Part shown: piece by piece, positions 8,374 through 17,978 of the stretch
Position numbering within the stretch: position 1 is the stretch's first letter
Layout: every line of letters starts with the position of its first letter
Virus record (IMG/VR): IMGVR_UViG_3300031452_000016
Span: 1-31,258 of that record
Reading direction: 5' to 3' (one strand)
Length of the DNA stretch: 31,258 nt
DNA from: a virus
Taxonomy: Duplodnaviria; Caudoviricetes
Translations under genes and position numbers: made by a program
The notes under the pieces: generated by a model
What the model saw: only the letters and a program-made list of their open reading frames with translations
What the model was told of the DNA's origin: nothing
Database searches by the model: none

Positions 8374-9314
8374 CAGTAAGCAGTGGCCTGCGGGCCGGTG
8401 AGGGTGACCTGCGCGGGGCCGGCGTCGGCGGCGTTGTACACCCCGTCGATGTTGACGTCGAGCGTCGCGTACTTCCCGGACGTGTCCCGCTTCGCCTTGT
8501 CCCACGACGCCTTGCTGCAGGTGACGGCCAGGATCGCGCCGCCCTGCGCGACGGGCTGGGTGAGGGTCGCGGTAACAGCCTGCTGCGCGTAGGTGAGGAA
8601 CCGGTTGAGGTCGCTGTTGTCCTCGAACAGGATCTTGGCGGTGGCGCTGAACTCCAACGCTTCGGCGAAGGTCTCGCGTGGGCTTTGGATGCCGTCGCTG
8701 CCCGCGATCAAGTCGATGGGGCGCTTGAAGTTCAAGTCGCAAGTCTCGACGCGGGTGCTGCTGACGCCACCGGCGGACCAGGTGAGCTGCCACCCCAACC
8801 AGGGCTGCAGGGCGGTGAACGGCGGAACGGGCACGGCAGAGGGGGCGCTCGGCCAGCCCATCCACTTCGCGTCGTACGTCACCGCACCCTTCGTGTCGAT
8901 CTTGATGTTGAGGTCACCGAGTAGGCAGCCGGGGAACGCCCGGGCTTCCACCAGGTCGTAGTCGGTGAGGGTGTAGGTGGGTGCTTGGGTGTTGTTGCTC
9001 TTGAACAGGTGGCTGCTGAGGGTCGCGGGCGCGACGGGGGCAGTGACCACGTCCGGGCCGATGATGGCCCGCAGAAAGGTTCCGAACGTGTCCGGGTAGG
9101 GCATTCCGGCGATGTCGTAGGTGCTGTCGGCGGCGCCGCCGTACAAGCCTTGCAGGAGCGTGTCGTTGCCGCGGAAAGACTCATCCCGCAACGGCGCGAT
9201 GATGTCTTCGGGGCCGTTCGCGGTCGTCGGCGGGAACACGGTGGGGGCGACCGCGGTCCCCATGACGGTCTCCTTGCCGAGCCCGACGTATGAGAGCCTG
9301 CTGAGCTTGGACAC
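8373..9314 (-). CDS. Major tail (tube) protein
   Basis: 313 aa; N-terminal YVGLGKETVMGTAVAPT motif of siphophage tail tube proteins; AGGAGG ribosome-binding site; gene order. Confidence 0.88.
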   Translation of the reverse strand: MSKLSRLSYVGLGKETVMGTAVAPTVFPPTTANGPEDIIAPLRDESFRGNDTLLQGLYGGAADSTYDIAGMPYPDTFGTFLRAIIGPDVVTAPVAPATLSSHLFKSNNTQAPTYTLTDYDLVEARAFPGCLLGDLNIKIDTKGAVTYDAKWMGWPSAPSAVPVPPFTALQPWLGWQLTWSAGGVSSTRVETCDLNFKRPIDLIAGSDGIQSPRETFAEALEFSATAKILFEDNSDLNRFLTYAQQAVTATLTQPVAQGGAILAVTCSKASWDKAKRDTSGKYATLDVNIDGVYNAADAGPAQVTLTGPQATAY

Positions 9315-9360
9315 GCGTCCTCCTGGGACTGACGAACTGGTCGGGGGTCAAGCGGGCAGG

Positions 9361-9657
9361 TCAGGCAGCGGGCGGGGTGTCCGGCGCGATCGGTTCGACG
9401 CCGGGGACGGTCGCGTCGGGATGCGCGAGCTGCACCGCGTCGGTCAGGACCGGCGGCGGCTCGGTCACCGGGACAGCCACGGAGGCATCGGCGGTGCCGG
9501 CGGTCTTGTCGTCTTTCTTCAGCGCCTTCTCGGTGCCGAGCAGGTCGATGCTGTCCTCGACGTTGGCCTCACCGACCTCGCCCGGTGCGAGGCTCAGCGG
9601 CGGGTTCAGCGTCGGGAAGATCAAGGTCTGGTCGGTGATGTTCCGGACGTTTTTCAC
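9361..9657 (-). CDS. Small hypothetical virion-module protein
   Basis: GTG at 9657 after AGGAG; fills the gap between neighbours. Confidence 0.6.
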   Translation of the reverse strand: MKNVRNITDQTLIFPTLNPPLSLAPGEVGEANVEDSIDLLGTEKALKKDDKTAGTADASVAVPVTEPPPVLTDAVQLAHPDATVPGVEPIAPDTPPAA

Positions 9658-9665
9658 AGCGGCTC

Positions 9666-10160
9666 CTAGGCGGTGAGCAGGTTCTCGGTCAGGCCGTACC
9701 GGATGAGTGCGGTCAGGGCCGGGTTGCCTTCGGTGAGGGTGCGCAGCGGGTCCTCGTAGGTGACGTCGATGCCGCGGGCGTTGCCGTCGGCGGTGTCCCC
9801 AGCGGAGGCGAACACCCCGCCGTGGGTGTGATCCCCCAACACGCCCCGGATCCGGGCACGCAGGGCGGTGCACGCCCCGTAGAGGTAGGCCTGGTCCTCG
9901 TTGAGGCTGCTGGCGGTGTTCGCGGTCGGCCACGCGACCCGCAGAATCACCTGGTGCATCACTTCGGACCGGCCGTTGGCCTCACGGCGTTCCTCGGTCC
10001 GCTCGAGCCGCAGTTCGGCTGACTTGACGCCCTCAGCGCGGTCCCGCACCCACGGCAGCACCCCGCCGGGCAGGTAGGCGGTCACTGCCGGGTCGGCGCT
10101 CAGCCACCCGCATTCCAGATCGACGGCGGTCCCGGTCGGTGGGGGCAGCGGCGCGGTCAC
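9666..10160 (-). CDS. Putative tail terminator/head-tail joining protein
   Basis: 164 aa; lies upstream of the tail tube gene and is coupled to the adaptor gene. Confidence 0.55.
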   Translation of the reverse strand: MTAPLPPPTGTAVDLECGWLSADPAVTAYLPGGVLPWVRDRAEGVKSAELRLERTEERREANGRSEVMHQVILRVAWPTANTASSLNEDQAYLYGACTALRARIRGVLGDHTHGGVFASAGDTADGNARGIDVTYEDPLRTLTEGNPALTALIRYGLTENLLTA

Positions 10161-10651
10161 TAGTAGCGCTCGTAGGCGGTCGTGACGGGCAGCGGGTAGG
10201 CGTAGACGCTCGGTTGGGTGATCGGGAAGCTGAACGACGGCGCGGGCGGCCGCTCATCCCCACCGGAGCCGCCTTTGCCGCTGTCCTCGGCGCTGACCGC
10301 GTTCGGGTCCCCGGTCGTGCTCGCGACATCAACGGCTTCCCGCAGCCGAGTCAACGACGACTGGTAGCGGGCGTCGAGATCGCGGTAGGTCTGGTCGTTC
10401 TCGAAGAACTGCAGGAGCACGAGGGTCGCGGTCCCGAGCTCGACGGCGGTCTGTGTCAGGCCGGCCAGGGCGGGCGGGATAACCCCGAGCCCGCCGGTCA
10501 CGTCAGCGGTGACCTTGCCGATCAGGGCTTGGACTTGCGCGGCGGTTGGGACTGTCGTGGTGTCCAGGACGCCGCCGGTGTTGCCGTCCCGCGTCCGGAT
10601 GCGTTGCTGCAGGTAGACCGCGACGTCCCCCGGCACGACGACGATAGCCAC
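10160..10651 (-). CDS. Putative head-to-tail adaptor
   Basis: 163 aa, helical; AGGAGG ribosome-binding site; first gene after the capsid block. Confidence 0.6.
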   Translation of the reverse strand: MAIVVVPGDVAVYLQQRIRTRDGNTGGVLDTTTVPTAAQVQALIGKVTADVTGGLGVIPPALAGLTQTAVELGTATLVLLQFFENDQTYRDLDARYQSSLTRLREAVDVASTTGDPNAVSAEDSGKGGSGGDERPPAPSFSFPITQPSVYAYPLPVTTAYERY

Positions 10652-10737
10652 AGCAGCCTCCTACTCCCGGCCGGGTATGGTCAGGGCGTCGCGGAGGCCT
10701 TCGAGGTAGCCATCGCGTTCCCCGTTTGGAAGATGGG

Positions 10738-10774
10738 AGGCCCACCGGGGGCGCTTGGCACCCCCGGTGGGCCT
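10738..10774 (-). terminator. GC-rich stem-loop after the capsid block (terminator/attenuator)
   Basis: AGGCCCACCGGGGGCGC-TTG-GCACCCCCGGTGGGCCT, a 17-bp near-perfect inverted repeat just after the stop at 10781; no U-tract. Confidence 0.7.
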
Positions 10775-10780
10775 GGGTTG

Positions 10781-11182
10781 CTACTTCTTGACCCCGGCGG
10801 CCGGGGTAGCGGCCGGGTTGTACTGCTGCTCGACCGGCGTCTGCGGGTCGGCAGGCGCAGCCGGCTCGGGCGGCTCCGGCGGCTGGAACGTCGCCAGGAT
10901 CTCGCCCCGCACCTCGTCCGGAAGCGCTGTCAGGTGCGCCTGCATCGACGTGGCCATCGCCTGGGCGCGCATCTTCTCGGCCTCCCCGGGCTTCACGACC
11001 GCGCCGGCCGTGACCAGCCGCTTGGCCTCCGTGACACTCAACGTCACCACGTCACCCTTCTTGTAACGGGTGAAATCGAACGGGTCGCTGGGCTTCAAGC
11101 CGGCCGCGGGCTGGTCGTACAGCTCCGCGACCAGCTCGTAGTCGCCCGCCGTGATGCTGTTCACGTCCATGGGGGTGGTCAC
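10781..11182 (-). CDS. Hypothetical capsid-associated protein
   Basis: GTGA overlap with the capsid stop; YKKGDVVTLSVTEAKRLVTAGAV motif is typical of small post-capsid genes. Confidence 0.7.
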   Translation of the reverse strand: MTTPMDVNSITAGDYELVAELYDQPAAGLKPSDPFDFTRYKKGDVVTLSVTEAKRLVTAGAVVKPGEAEKMRAQAMATSMQAHLTALPDEVRGEILATFQPPEPPEPAAPADPQTPVEQQYNPAATPAAGVKK

Positions 11183-12114
11183 GGCGCGTTCACCCCCGTG
11201 ATCCAGCAGGCAGCCAGGGGCTGGTCGGCCCCCATCGCTCGTTTGTGACTCACGTCTGATCTCCATGACTCGGTGGGACCGCCGTTCGGCCCGTTGCCCT
11301 CGCCGTACAGACCGGTCGCTTCCAGCGGCCGGGTGTCGCTGTAGAAGCCGAGCGTCTTGCGCTCGACGACCAGCGCCCGATCATTCGGCCAGGACCAGGA
11401 CAGCAAAGTGTCCAGACCCAGCACCTTCTGCGGCAGCCGACCGGTGTAGCTGATCGCTTCGGACACCAGCGGGCTGTTCACGTAGATCCGGTTGAAGTTG
11501 TCGCTGGCCTGCAGCACCGGCACGACGCTGTTCGGTAGGACCAGCGTGTCGGCGACGTATCCGAACACGTCGTCCTGCTGGCTCACGGTCGGCTTCGCCG
11601 AGCCCACCTGGAACGCGGCGTTGGCGATATCCCGGCGGACCTGGGCATTCGGGTCCGTCCAGGCCAGCGTCGCCGCGATCGTCGGGATGCGCGGATCCAT
11701 CAACGCGGCCCGCAGCGCTCGGTCGTCCGCCCGACGGATCGTGTTGACGAGCTGCGTGAGCTGCAGCGCGACGAGCTGCATCTTGTTCTCGTCCCGCATC
11801 TCGCGCGAGATCCGAATGCCGAGCGCCTTCTTGAGCGCGTAGGCGATGCGGGGCAGCCCGAGCTGACCGGCGGCGACGGGGATCTCCGCGAACTCCGCGA
11901 CGATCTCCACGTCCTGACCGAGGTACAGCGGGTTGCTCTCGTGGTACTCGACCAGGCCGTTGGCGTTCGGGCCGGCGTCACGGAAGATCGTGTCGGTGAT
12001 GAAGTGGTTGGACAGGAGATCCAGGATCCTGGCCGGGATCAGCATCGGCGCACCGATGAGATCGTTGACGGTGGTACGCGCACCGTCGGAAATGCTGAGA
12101 ACACCAATAGGCAT
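11179..12114 (-). CDS. Major capsid protein (HK97 fold)
   Basis: 311 aa; VAEFAEIP, KKALGIRISREM and C-terminal ADQPLAACWITGV; position after the scaffold and decoration genes. Confidence 0.9.
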   Translation of the reverse strand: MPIGVLSISDGARTTVNDLIGAPMLIPARILDLLSNHFITDTIFRDAGPNANGLVEYHESNPLYLGQDVEIVAEFAEIPVAAGQLGLPRIAYALKKALGIRISREMRDENKMQLVALQLTQLVNTIRRADDRALRAALMDPRIPTIAATLAWTDPNAQVRRDIANAAFQVGSAKPTVSQQDDVFGYVADTLVLPNSVVPVLQASDNFNRIYVNSPLVSEAISYTGRLPQKVLGLDTLLSWSWPNDRALVVERKTLGFYSDTRPLEATGLYGEGNGPNGGPTESWRSDVSHKRAMGADQPLAACWITGVNAP

Positions 12115-12125
12115 GTCGGCCCCTT

Positions 12126-12806
12126 CTAGAGGATGGTCATGAGACCGGTGGCCCCGGCGGCGACGCCTGCCGGGGTGGTGTCAGTGCACTTGCCGACGAC
12201 CGTGCCGGCAGCAGCCGGCGTGGCGGCGACTGCAGCGAGTGTGACGCTGACACCTGCAGCGGTGGCCGTGGCGTTCGCGCTCATCGTCAGGGACGTCCCG
12301 GACTGGACGGACAGCACGGTCGTGCCCGCCGCAATACCCGCACCAGAGATGCCGCGCCCGACATCTGCGGTAGTGAAGGCGCCAGTGACGCTGGTCACGA
12401 CGGCGCTGTTGAGGGTCGTCGCGCCATCGTTGAACGTGCGGGCCGGGATGGCAGCACTGCCGCCGGGCGCCACCTGGCCGTTCGCGGTCACGACGAGCTG
12501 CTGCCCGAGTGTGGCAGCGGCGCTGTAGGTCACGGGGACCTCCATGCCGCCGTAGGCGACCGCGACGGCCACCGGGGTGAACCCGGCGACCAGCAACGGC
12601 CGGCCGTTGACGACCGTGGTGCCCAGGGCGACTGCCTCCGGCGCCTCACCGTCGACCAGCGCCACCCCGAGGGTGGTCACGCTGCCAGCGGCGGCCACGC
12701 CAATGCGGCCGTTCGGGCGGGCCTCGACCACCTGGCCGCCGAGGATGTTCTCGGCGGGGGTGTAGGTCTTCGGCCCGGTCTTGAGGTGGATCGGGATACC
12801 GCTCAT
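12126..12806 (-). CDS. Head decoration/cement protein with an inserted beta-rich domain
   Basis: Lies between scaffold and capsid genes; cement-like motifs (ILGGQVV, LGVA, LGQQLVVTANGQV, VVGKC). Confidence 0.7.
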   Translation of the reverse strand: MSGIPIHLKTGPKTYTPAENILGGQVVEARPNGRIGVAAAGSVTTLGVALVDGEAPEAVALGTTVVNGRPLLVAGFTPVAVAVAYGGMEVPVTYSAAATLGQQLVVTANGQVAPGGSAAIPARTFNDGATTLNSAVVTSVTGAFTTADVGRGISGAGIAAGTTVLSVQSGTSLTMSANATATAAGVSVTLAAVAATPAAAGTVVGKCTDTTPAGVAAGATGLMTIL

Positions 12807-14209
12807 CGGCCGGCGCTCCAGTTCTTGTAGGCGGGGGTCTCACGGATGGCGGTGACGGTCGCCGCGACCTGACCGCTCTCGTCGGTGTCCAAACCCTTCG
12901 CGGCCAGCGGAACGGCGATGGGCGCGAGGGACGCCAGGACGGTTTCGGCGCCGGGGTCGGCGCTGAGCTGGGCGATCCACGCGTCCCGGCGGGCGGGCGG
13001 AACGCGACCGTCACCGATCGCGGCGTCGACCAGTCCGGTGCGCTGCTCCACGAGCTGGGTGGCGCGGGCCTGCGCCCCGGCGGCGGCGTCTACCCGGAGC
13101 TGCTGGAGCTGGGTGGCGTCCACCAGGACCGTGCCCGTAGCGGGCGCAGGGACGGGGACCGGGGCGGTCGTAGGCGCGGTGGGCGGCTCGGCGCGTTCGG
13201 CGAGTGCCTCATCGAGCGCGGCGAGCAGAGTGGCCTCGTCGGCGTCGTCGGCGAGGTTGCTGCCGCCGAGTCGCTTCCGCAGGCCAACGGACAGGGTGTC
13301 CGTCATGGGCTCCTCCAGTGGGGCGGTGCCACCTGCGGTGGCGGGGGGCCCGGCGGCGGGTGCCGACGGGAGAGTGGGGGCCGCGGCAGCGGCTTTGCTT
13401 TCCTCACGGGTCGCGAAGACGAGTGCAGGGACGCGGACGGTACGAGCCGCATCTACGTAGGTAGTGGTCACCGGCTGCGGGTCGCTGAAGGTGACCGTGC
13501 CGTCCGAGGCGATGCTGTAGGTGACCCTGAAAGTGTCGGTGGGGCCGTCTGAGTCGTCGTCAATGACGATGAGTTCAGCAGGGTCGATGAACGGTTCCTT
13601 GACCCAGATGTCCCAGTCCTTGCCGTAGTCGGTGGCATAGAACTGGCGTAGAACGTCGGTGACGGTCGCTGCGGCCTGGACCTGCTTGGGCATATCGGGC
13701 TCCTCGCGCTGGGCGGTTGCGGCGACGATGCCGTAGATATCTGCGATGGCATCGAGAGTGGAGACAGCGCCGTGCCAAACACCGAGCAGGCTGACAGCTT
13801 CAACGACAATGGGGTGAAGATGTCCAAGAGCGCAGACGACATTCCATGTGCACTCGACGCTGCGTTCGGGGTAGGTCGCGGCGAGAATGCTGACGCCTAA
13901 CTCGTCCCGAGCAGTGAGCCAAGCGGGCATTCCGCGCCAGTCGCTGCGCAGTGTCTGGCCGTTGTCCTCGACTCGGAGGTTGTCGACGTAACCGAGGGCG
14001 GCGTCGCCTTCGCCGTGGTTCCCGGTGTGACCGAGCTTGAGGATGGGGCGGTGTACCGCTGGGCATTGGACGGCGGCGGCGGCGGCGAGTAGGTCGGAGG
14101 CGGTTGGGTTGAACGCTCCTGTTGAGGCACTCCAAGTTCCAACGTCAACAAGGTCAACGCCCTCGACGTGGCCGAGGATCGGTGCGGTCGGGACGGTAGG
14201 GGTCGTCAA
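12803..14209 (-). CDS. Capsid maturation protease-scaffold protein (Mu gpI-like organisation)
   Basis: N-terminal PILKLGH...ALGYVDNL...YPERSVE protease-like motifs; C-terminal LVDAAIGDGRVPPARRDAW scaffold motif. Confidence 0.82.
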   Translation of the reverse strand: MTTPTVPTAPILGHVEGVDLVDVGTWSASTGAFNPTASDLLAAAAAVQCPAVHRPILKLGHTGNHGEGDAALGYVDNLRVEDNGQTLRSDWRGMPAWLTARDELGVSILAATYPERSVECTWNVVCALGHLHPIVVEAVSLLGVWHGAVSTLDAIADIYGIVAATAQREEPDMPKQVQAAATVTDVLRQFYATDYGKDWDIWVKEPFIDPAELIVIDDDSDGPTDTFRVTYSIASDGTVTFSDPQPVTTTYVDAARTVRVPALVFATREESKAAAAAPTLPSAPAAGPPATAGGTAPLEEPMTDTLSVGLRKRLGGSNLADDADEATLLAALDEALAERAEPPTAPTTAPVPVPAPATGTVLVDATQLQQLRVDAAAGAQARATQLVEQRTGLVDAAIGDGRVPPARRDAWIAQLSADPGAETVLASLAPIAVPLAAKGLDTDESGQVAATVTAIRETPAYKNWSAGR

Positions 14210-14226
14210 GGCGGCCTCCCACGTGT

Positions 14227-16431
14227 CTACTCGGCGCTGAGACCTTCGGATGCGGGGGCGAGCAGGGTGCGGATCGCGTCGTCGGCGGGCATGAGGCTGC
14301 AGCGGCAGTTCACGTGGGCTGGCACGCTCGGCGCACTCGCGAGGGCGTACGGGCTGTTCGTCTCGTACGTCTCGCAGACCTGATCGACGCGGCTGTCCCC
14401 GGCGGTAGACCAGTCCACGGCCGTCACGTTCTCCGAGGCGTACAAGTCCGCTGCGCCCTGGCCGAGCGCCGTTGCCATCGCGTGGTCGTACAGCACTTCA
14501 GCGAGCGCGCTGTCATCGATGACGCCCTCGAGGGACGTCAGGAGCTCGTCGCGGCTGGTGCCGTCGGTCAAGGCCTGGCCCACGGCGTCACCGAGGGCGC
14601 GGGACACCACCCCGACGTGCTCAGCCAGCCACGCGTCGGCGTCGGACCACAGCGAGTCGAGGTTGTCGGCGGCGGCGACCGCATCGGCGAAGTCCACCGT
14701 CATGCCGGCCAGGTCGATGCCGATCTGGCCGCGGGTGACGCTCACCAGCTGCGCCGCGCCGGACTGGCCTTCGGCGTAGGACTGGACCAGGCCGGTGTGT
14801 GCGGTGTCCCGCAACGCCTGCCCCGCATTGGATGCCAGGGAAGCGGTCAGTGCCTGCCGAGCGGCTATCTCAGCGGCCACCGTACGCGGGTCCGGGCCAG
14901 CGGGTTGGGTGCTGTCCGCCTGCACGATGCCGGTGGCGTCCAGGACGGCGGTCAGGTCCACCGTGGCCCGCCAGACGGGCAGGACAGCTGCCAGTGAGGC
15001 GTTCCGGGCCGCCTCCAGGGTGTGCCGGCGGCGGTAGAGGGTGCCTAGTGGTTCGGGGAGGTCGTCACCGGCCGCACCACCATCGCCTGACGCGGTCGCG
15101 GTGACGCGGTGCGAGGTGGTCCGGCCCTGCCTGGCGGCGACCAGCGGAGTTGTGCCGCCGCCGAGACGCTGGACCGGCCGGGGTTCGCCGTCCGGGCGTC
15201 GGGGAAGGCGGTAACGGGTCCGGAAGTACGCCTCGAGGTCGTTGTCGGACGTCAAGATCCCAGCCTCGGACATGGCCACGGCCTGTTCCGGCGTCAGGTC
15301 CTCATTGATCGCGACCTGCGCGACCATCAACCGCGGTGAGGGAGTGTCCTCGCCGAAGTTGAGGTCAACGATGTCCTCGACGATGTGGTCGGTGCCGGTG
15401 TCGGCGATGCCCTGGGCGATCGCGTCCAGGCCGAGGTCGAAGAAGTCCCGGAACACTCCGGCGAGCGCCCGGTTCCCTGACGTCTTCTGCCCGCCGAGCT
15501 CCAAGAACTGGGCGTGGACGAGTTTGCTCATCGCGGCGTCGTGATACTGCAGGGCGGCGAGGATGTCCGGCAGGCTGCCCTGCACACCCATGAGGGCGAG
15601 CTTCGTGCCGTGCGGAATTGCGCCGCCGGCCTTGTCCCCGGCCCGCCATTCCTGCGCGAGCTTCGCGAGCATGTCCATGTCGGCCTTGATCGCACCGGGT
15701 GGGGCTTCGATGACCGGTATTCCCATGCCGTTGCGTTCCAAGGTCATGGCGTTGACCCGGATCAGCCGGTCTTTCAGGAGCCACTCGCGGTACATCGGCC
15801 GGAGCAGGCTGACGCCTTGCCAGGCGGCTCCTTCGCGTTCGTGGCAGTAGAACACCAGCCGGTCAACACCGATGTCTTCCGGTGCGCCGCCTTTCTGGCC
15901 GGCGATGGCTTGGGTGACGCTTGCCAGGCCACCGTCGGAGGCGGTGCTGATCTTGGTGATGGTCTGGGGCATCCGGGGGCCAAGCTTGCGCAGGTGCGCT
16001 CGTGCGTTTGGGCCCGTCCCGGTGATCCGGTAGGTCTGCTCGAACGGGAAGAAGCCGTACCGGAGGCTGAGCAGCGCTTGACGTAGGTGGTCCGGCCAGG
16101 AGAACCGGTCTTTGGCCCGGCGGCGGGTCGCGGGTTCGGCGCCGAGGATCGGCAGGCCCAGGTCGTCGGCGACGAACGCCGTCACCTCATCGGAGGCGCC
16201 GTTCGGGTCGATGCTCCACTTCGCCTGCCGGATCGGCAGGGTGACCGCCCGGTACAGCGACGCGACCTGAGAGTCCTTGCTCATCAGGTCGTAGGTAGCG
16301 ACCGACGCCGGCCAGGCGGTGGCGGCGTTCTGCTCGGTGAGGTCGATCGGGTAGGACGACGTTGAGTAGTTCCAGCCGTAGGGCTGGGCTGTGCCGATCT
16401 CAGTTTCGATCAGGGGGGACAGCTCGGGCAC
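14227..16431 (-). CDS. Portal protein (DUF935/Mu gp29-like) fused to MuF-like minor head domain
   Basis: Follows terminase; YGFFPFEQ, GVSLLRPMYREW and ERNGMGIP portal motifs; C-terminal WSTAGDSRVDQVC...PAHVNCRC MuF motif. Confidence 0.88.
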   Translation of the reverse strand: MPELSPLIETEIGTAQPYGWNYSTSSYPIDLTEQNAATAWPASVATYDLMSKDSQVASLYRAVTLPIRQAKWSIDPNGASDEVTAFVADDLGLPILGAEPATRRRAKDRFSWPDHLRQALLSLRYGFFPFEQTYRITGTGPNARAHLRKLGPRMPQTITKISTASDGGLASVTQAIAGQKGGAPEDIGVDRLVFYCHEREGAAWQGVSLLRPMYREWLLKDRLIRVNAMTLERNGMGIPVIEAPPGAIKADMDMLAKLAQEWRAGDKAGGAIPHGTKLALMGVQGSLPDILAALQYHDAAMSKLVHAQFLELGGQKTSGNRALAGVFRDFFDLGLDAIAQGIADTGTDHIVEDIVDLNFGEDTPSPRLMVAQVAINEDLTPEQAVAMSEAGILTSDNDLEAYFRTRYRLPRRPDGEPRPVQRLGGGTTPLVAARQGRTTSHRVTATASGDGGAAGDDLPEPLGTLYRRRHTLEAARNASLAAVLPVWRATVDLTAVLDATGIVQADSTQPAGPDPRTVAAEIAARQALTASLASNAGQALRDTAHTGLVQSYAEGQSGAAQLVSVTRGQIGIDLAGMTVDFADAVAAADNLDSLWSDADAWLAEHVGVVSRALGDAVGQALTDGTSRDELLTSLEGVIDDSALAEVLYDHAMATALGQGAADLYASENVTAVDWSTAGDSRVDQVCETYETNSPYALASAPSVPAHVNCRCSLMPADDAIRTLLAPASEGLSAE

Positions 16432-16447
16432 GGCTGCCTCCCGGCGG

Positions 16448-17968
16448 TTAGAAGGCGGCGCTGAGCAGGTCGTCGGTCAGGCCACGGCCGGTCCGGTCGT
16501 AGTCCGGCGTCGGGTTCGGTAGGAGGATCCGGCTAGGTCGGTCCGGGAGCGCCATGAGGGCGTAGCGCAGGCTGTCTGCCGCGTCGTCCTTCGTCTTCTT
16601 GAGGTCTTCGGGCCGAAGCTTGTCGTGGATCAGGTTTGGGATCTCGCCAATGACTCCGGTGCAGGTCGAGAAGATGTGCAGCAACGGGCAGGTGTCCCAG
16701 CCTTGTGCGCGGTGGGAGTCGCAGGCGGGGGCTTCGTTGAGGTAGGTCCGCATCCGGTCCCAGCCGGGGATGCGGCTGATGTCGGCTTGGACGAGCCGGA
16801 CGTCAGCAAGGCGGTACCGCTCAGCGGCGGTGTGCTGCTCCCCGACTTTGCCCCACAAGTCGTGCCCACCGAAGTGCACGACGCCGAGCTCGCCCGCGGC
16901 GGTTTCGGCTTCGGTGATGAGCCGCCCCTGGTCGTCGTTCAGGACCCCGGTGCGGTAGATCTCCCGGTACACGTACGCCCGGCCGTCGCCGTCCTGCGCG
17001 ACCCACTCAACTGCCCACGGGTGGATGTTGCCTTTGTCCACCCCGGCGACGCGATGCCACGACGGCGGGACCGCGAACGGGCGGATGACGTGCCGGTCCC
17101 GGTTCCATTCCGGGAAGTACATGCCGGCGAAGCTGTCCCACGAGCCGTCTCGGAAGGCGGCTCGTTGTGCTTCGGGGAGGCCGTCGAGGTCGGTGAGGTA
17201 CTCGGCGTTTAGGTGCGGGTTGTCCGATGCTCGGCTCGGGATGAACCGGACCTGACGCCCGCGGATGTCGGTGTAGGTGCGCTGCCCGTAGTTCGTGCCG
17301 GCGACCCGCTGGCCGTCCACAACGGTCTCCGCGTCGATGTAGCGGGTCTTCACGGCGCCGTGGCCGACACCGCCCGGGTTCGCGCTGGACCGGATGCCCA
17401 GGACGGGAATGCTCTTACGCCCGGACCGCAGGCGGCTCTCCAGGTAGGTGATCACGTCGGGCGGCATCAGCGTGCGCTCGTCTACGAGCAGGCGCTGGAA
17501 CTCCCCGCCCTGCTGCCTGCTGGCGTCCTGGAGGTTCTCGGCGTACCGGAACATCATCACACTGCGGTTCGGGAAGGTCAGCACCCGGTCGGTGCCGTTC
17601 CACGACGCTCCGAGCGCCTGGGCGAAGCCGTACTTGCCCAACTCCGCGATCAGCGAGCCTTGCAACTCCGGGTAGGAACGACGGAACGCACCGACCCGTA
17701 GCCCGGCGTGGGTGGCGCAGTCATGGACGCCTTGCATCAGCAAAGCGAGGCTTTTGCCACCACCGAGGCTCCCGCCGAACATCACATCGAACTCGGGAGC
17801 GTCGTGGAAGGTCTGCTGCTTCGGGGTCGGTTCGTAGCCAAGGAGCGGAAACACCCGGTACTTCATGTTGTCGGTCTGTGCCTGCCGCACCCGCTCCTGT
17901 AGCTCCGCAAGCCGCCGGATCTTCTCGGCTGGGGCTTCGATGACAGGCTTGGGGACGGCTGCCGTCAT
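16448..17968 (-). CDS. terL: Terminase large subunit
   Basis: PTPKQ adenine-binding motif, Walker A GGSLGGGKS, Walker B LLVDE, SANPGG coupling motif, nuclease motifs GVDKG and DDAADSLRY. Confidence 0.95.
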   Translation of the reverse strand: MTAAVPKPVIEAPAEKIRRLAELQERVRQAQTDNMKYRVFPLLGYEPTPKQQTFHDAPEFDVMFGGSLGGGKSLALLMQGVHDCATHAGLRVGAFRRSYPELQGSLIAELGKYGFAQALGASWNGTDRVLTFPNRSVMMFRYAENLQDASRQQGGEFQRLLVDERTLMPPDVITYLESRLRSGRKSIPVLGIRSSANPGGVGHGAVKTRYIDAETVVDGQRVAGTNYGQRTYTDIRGRQVRFIPSRASDNPHLNAEYLTDLDGLPEAQRAAFRDGSWDSFAGMYFPEWNRDRHVIRPFAVPPSWHRVAGVDKGNIHPWAVEWVAQDGDGRAYVYREIYRTGVLNDDQGRLITEAETAAGELGVVHFGGHDLWGKVGEQHTAAERYRLADVRLVQADISRIPGWDRMRTYLNEAPACDSHRAQGWDTCPLLHIFSTCTGVIGEIPNLIHDKLRPEDLKKTKDDAADSLRYALMALPDRPSRILLPNPTPDYDRTGRGLTDDLLSAAF

Positions 17969-17978
17969 CGCTCACTCC

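Noticed and set aside
6799-8379. Long plus-strand ORFs (also 4075..5118, 10139..11248, 28248..29528)
   Set aside because: Typical high-GC antisense shadows with no recognisable motifs, overlapping well-supported minus-strand genes.
8370-8400. Frameshift fusing tail tube to the downstream protein
   Set aside because: No slippery sequence is visible; the TGATG overlap is explained by translational coupling.
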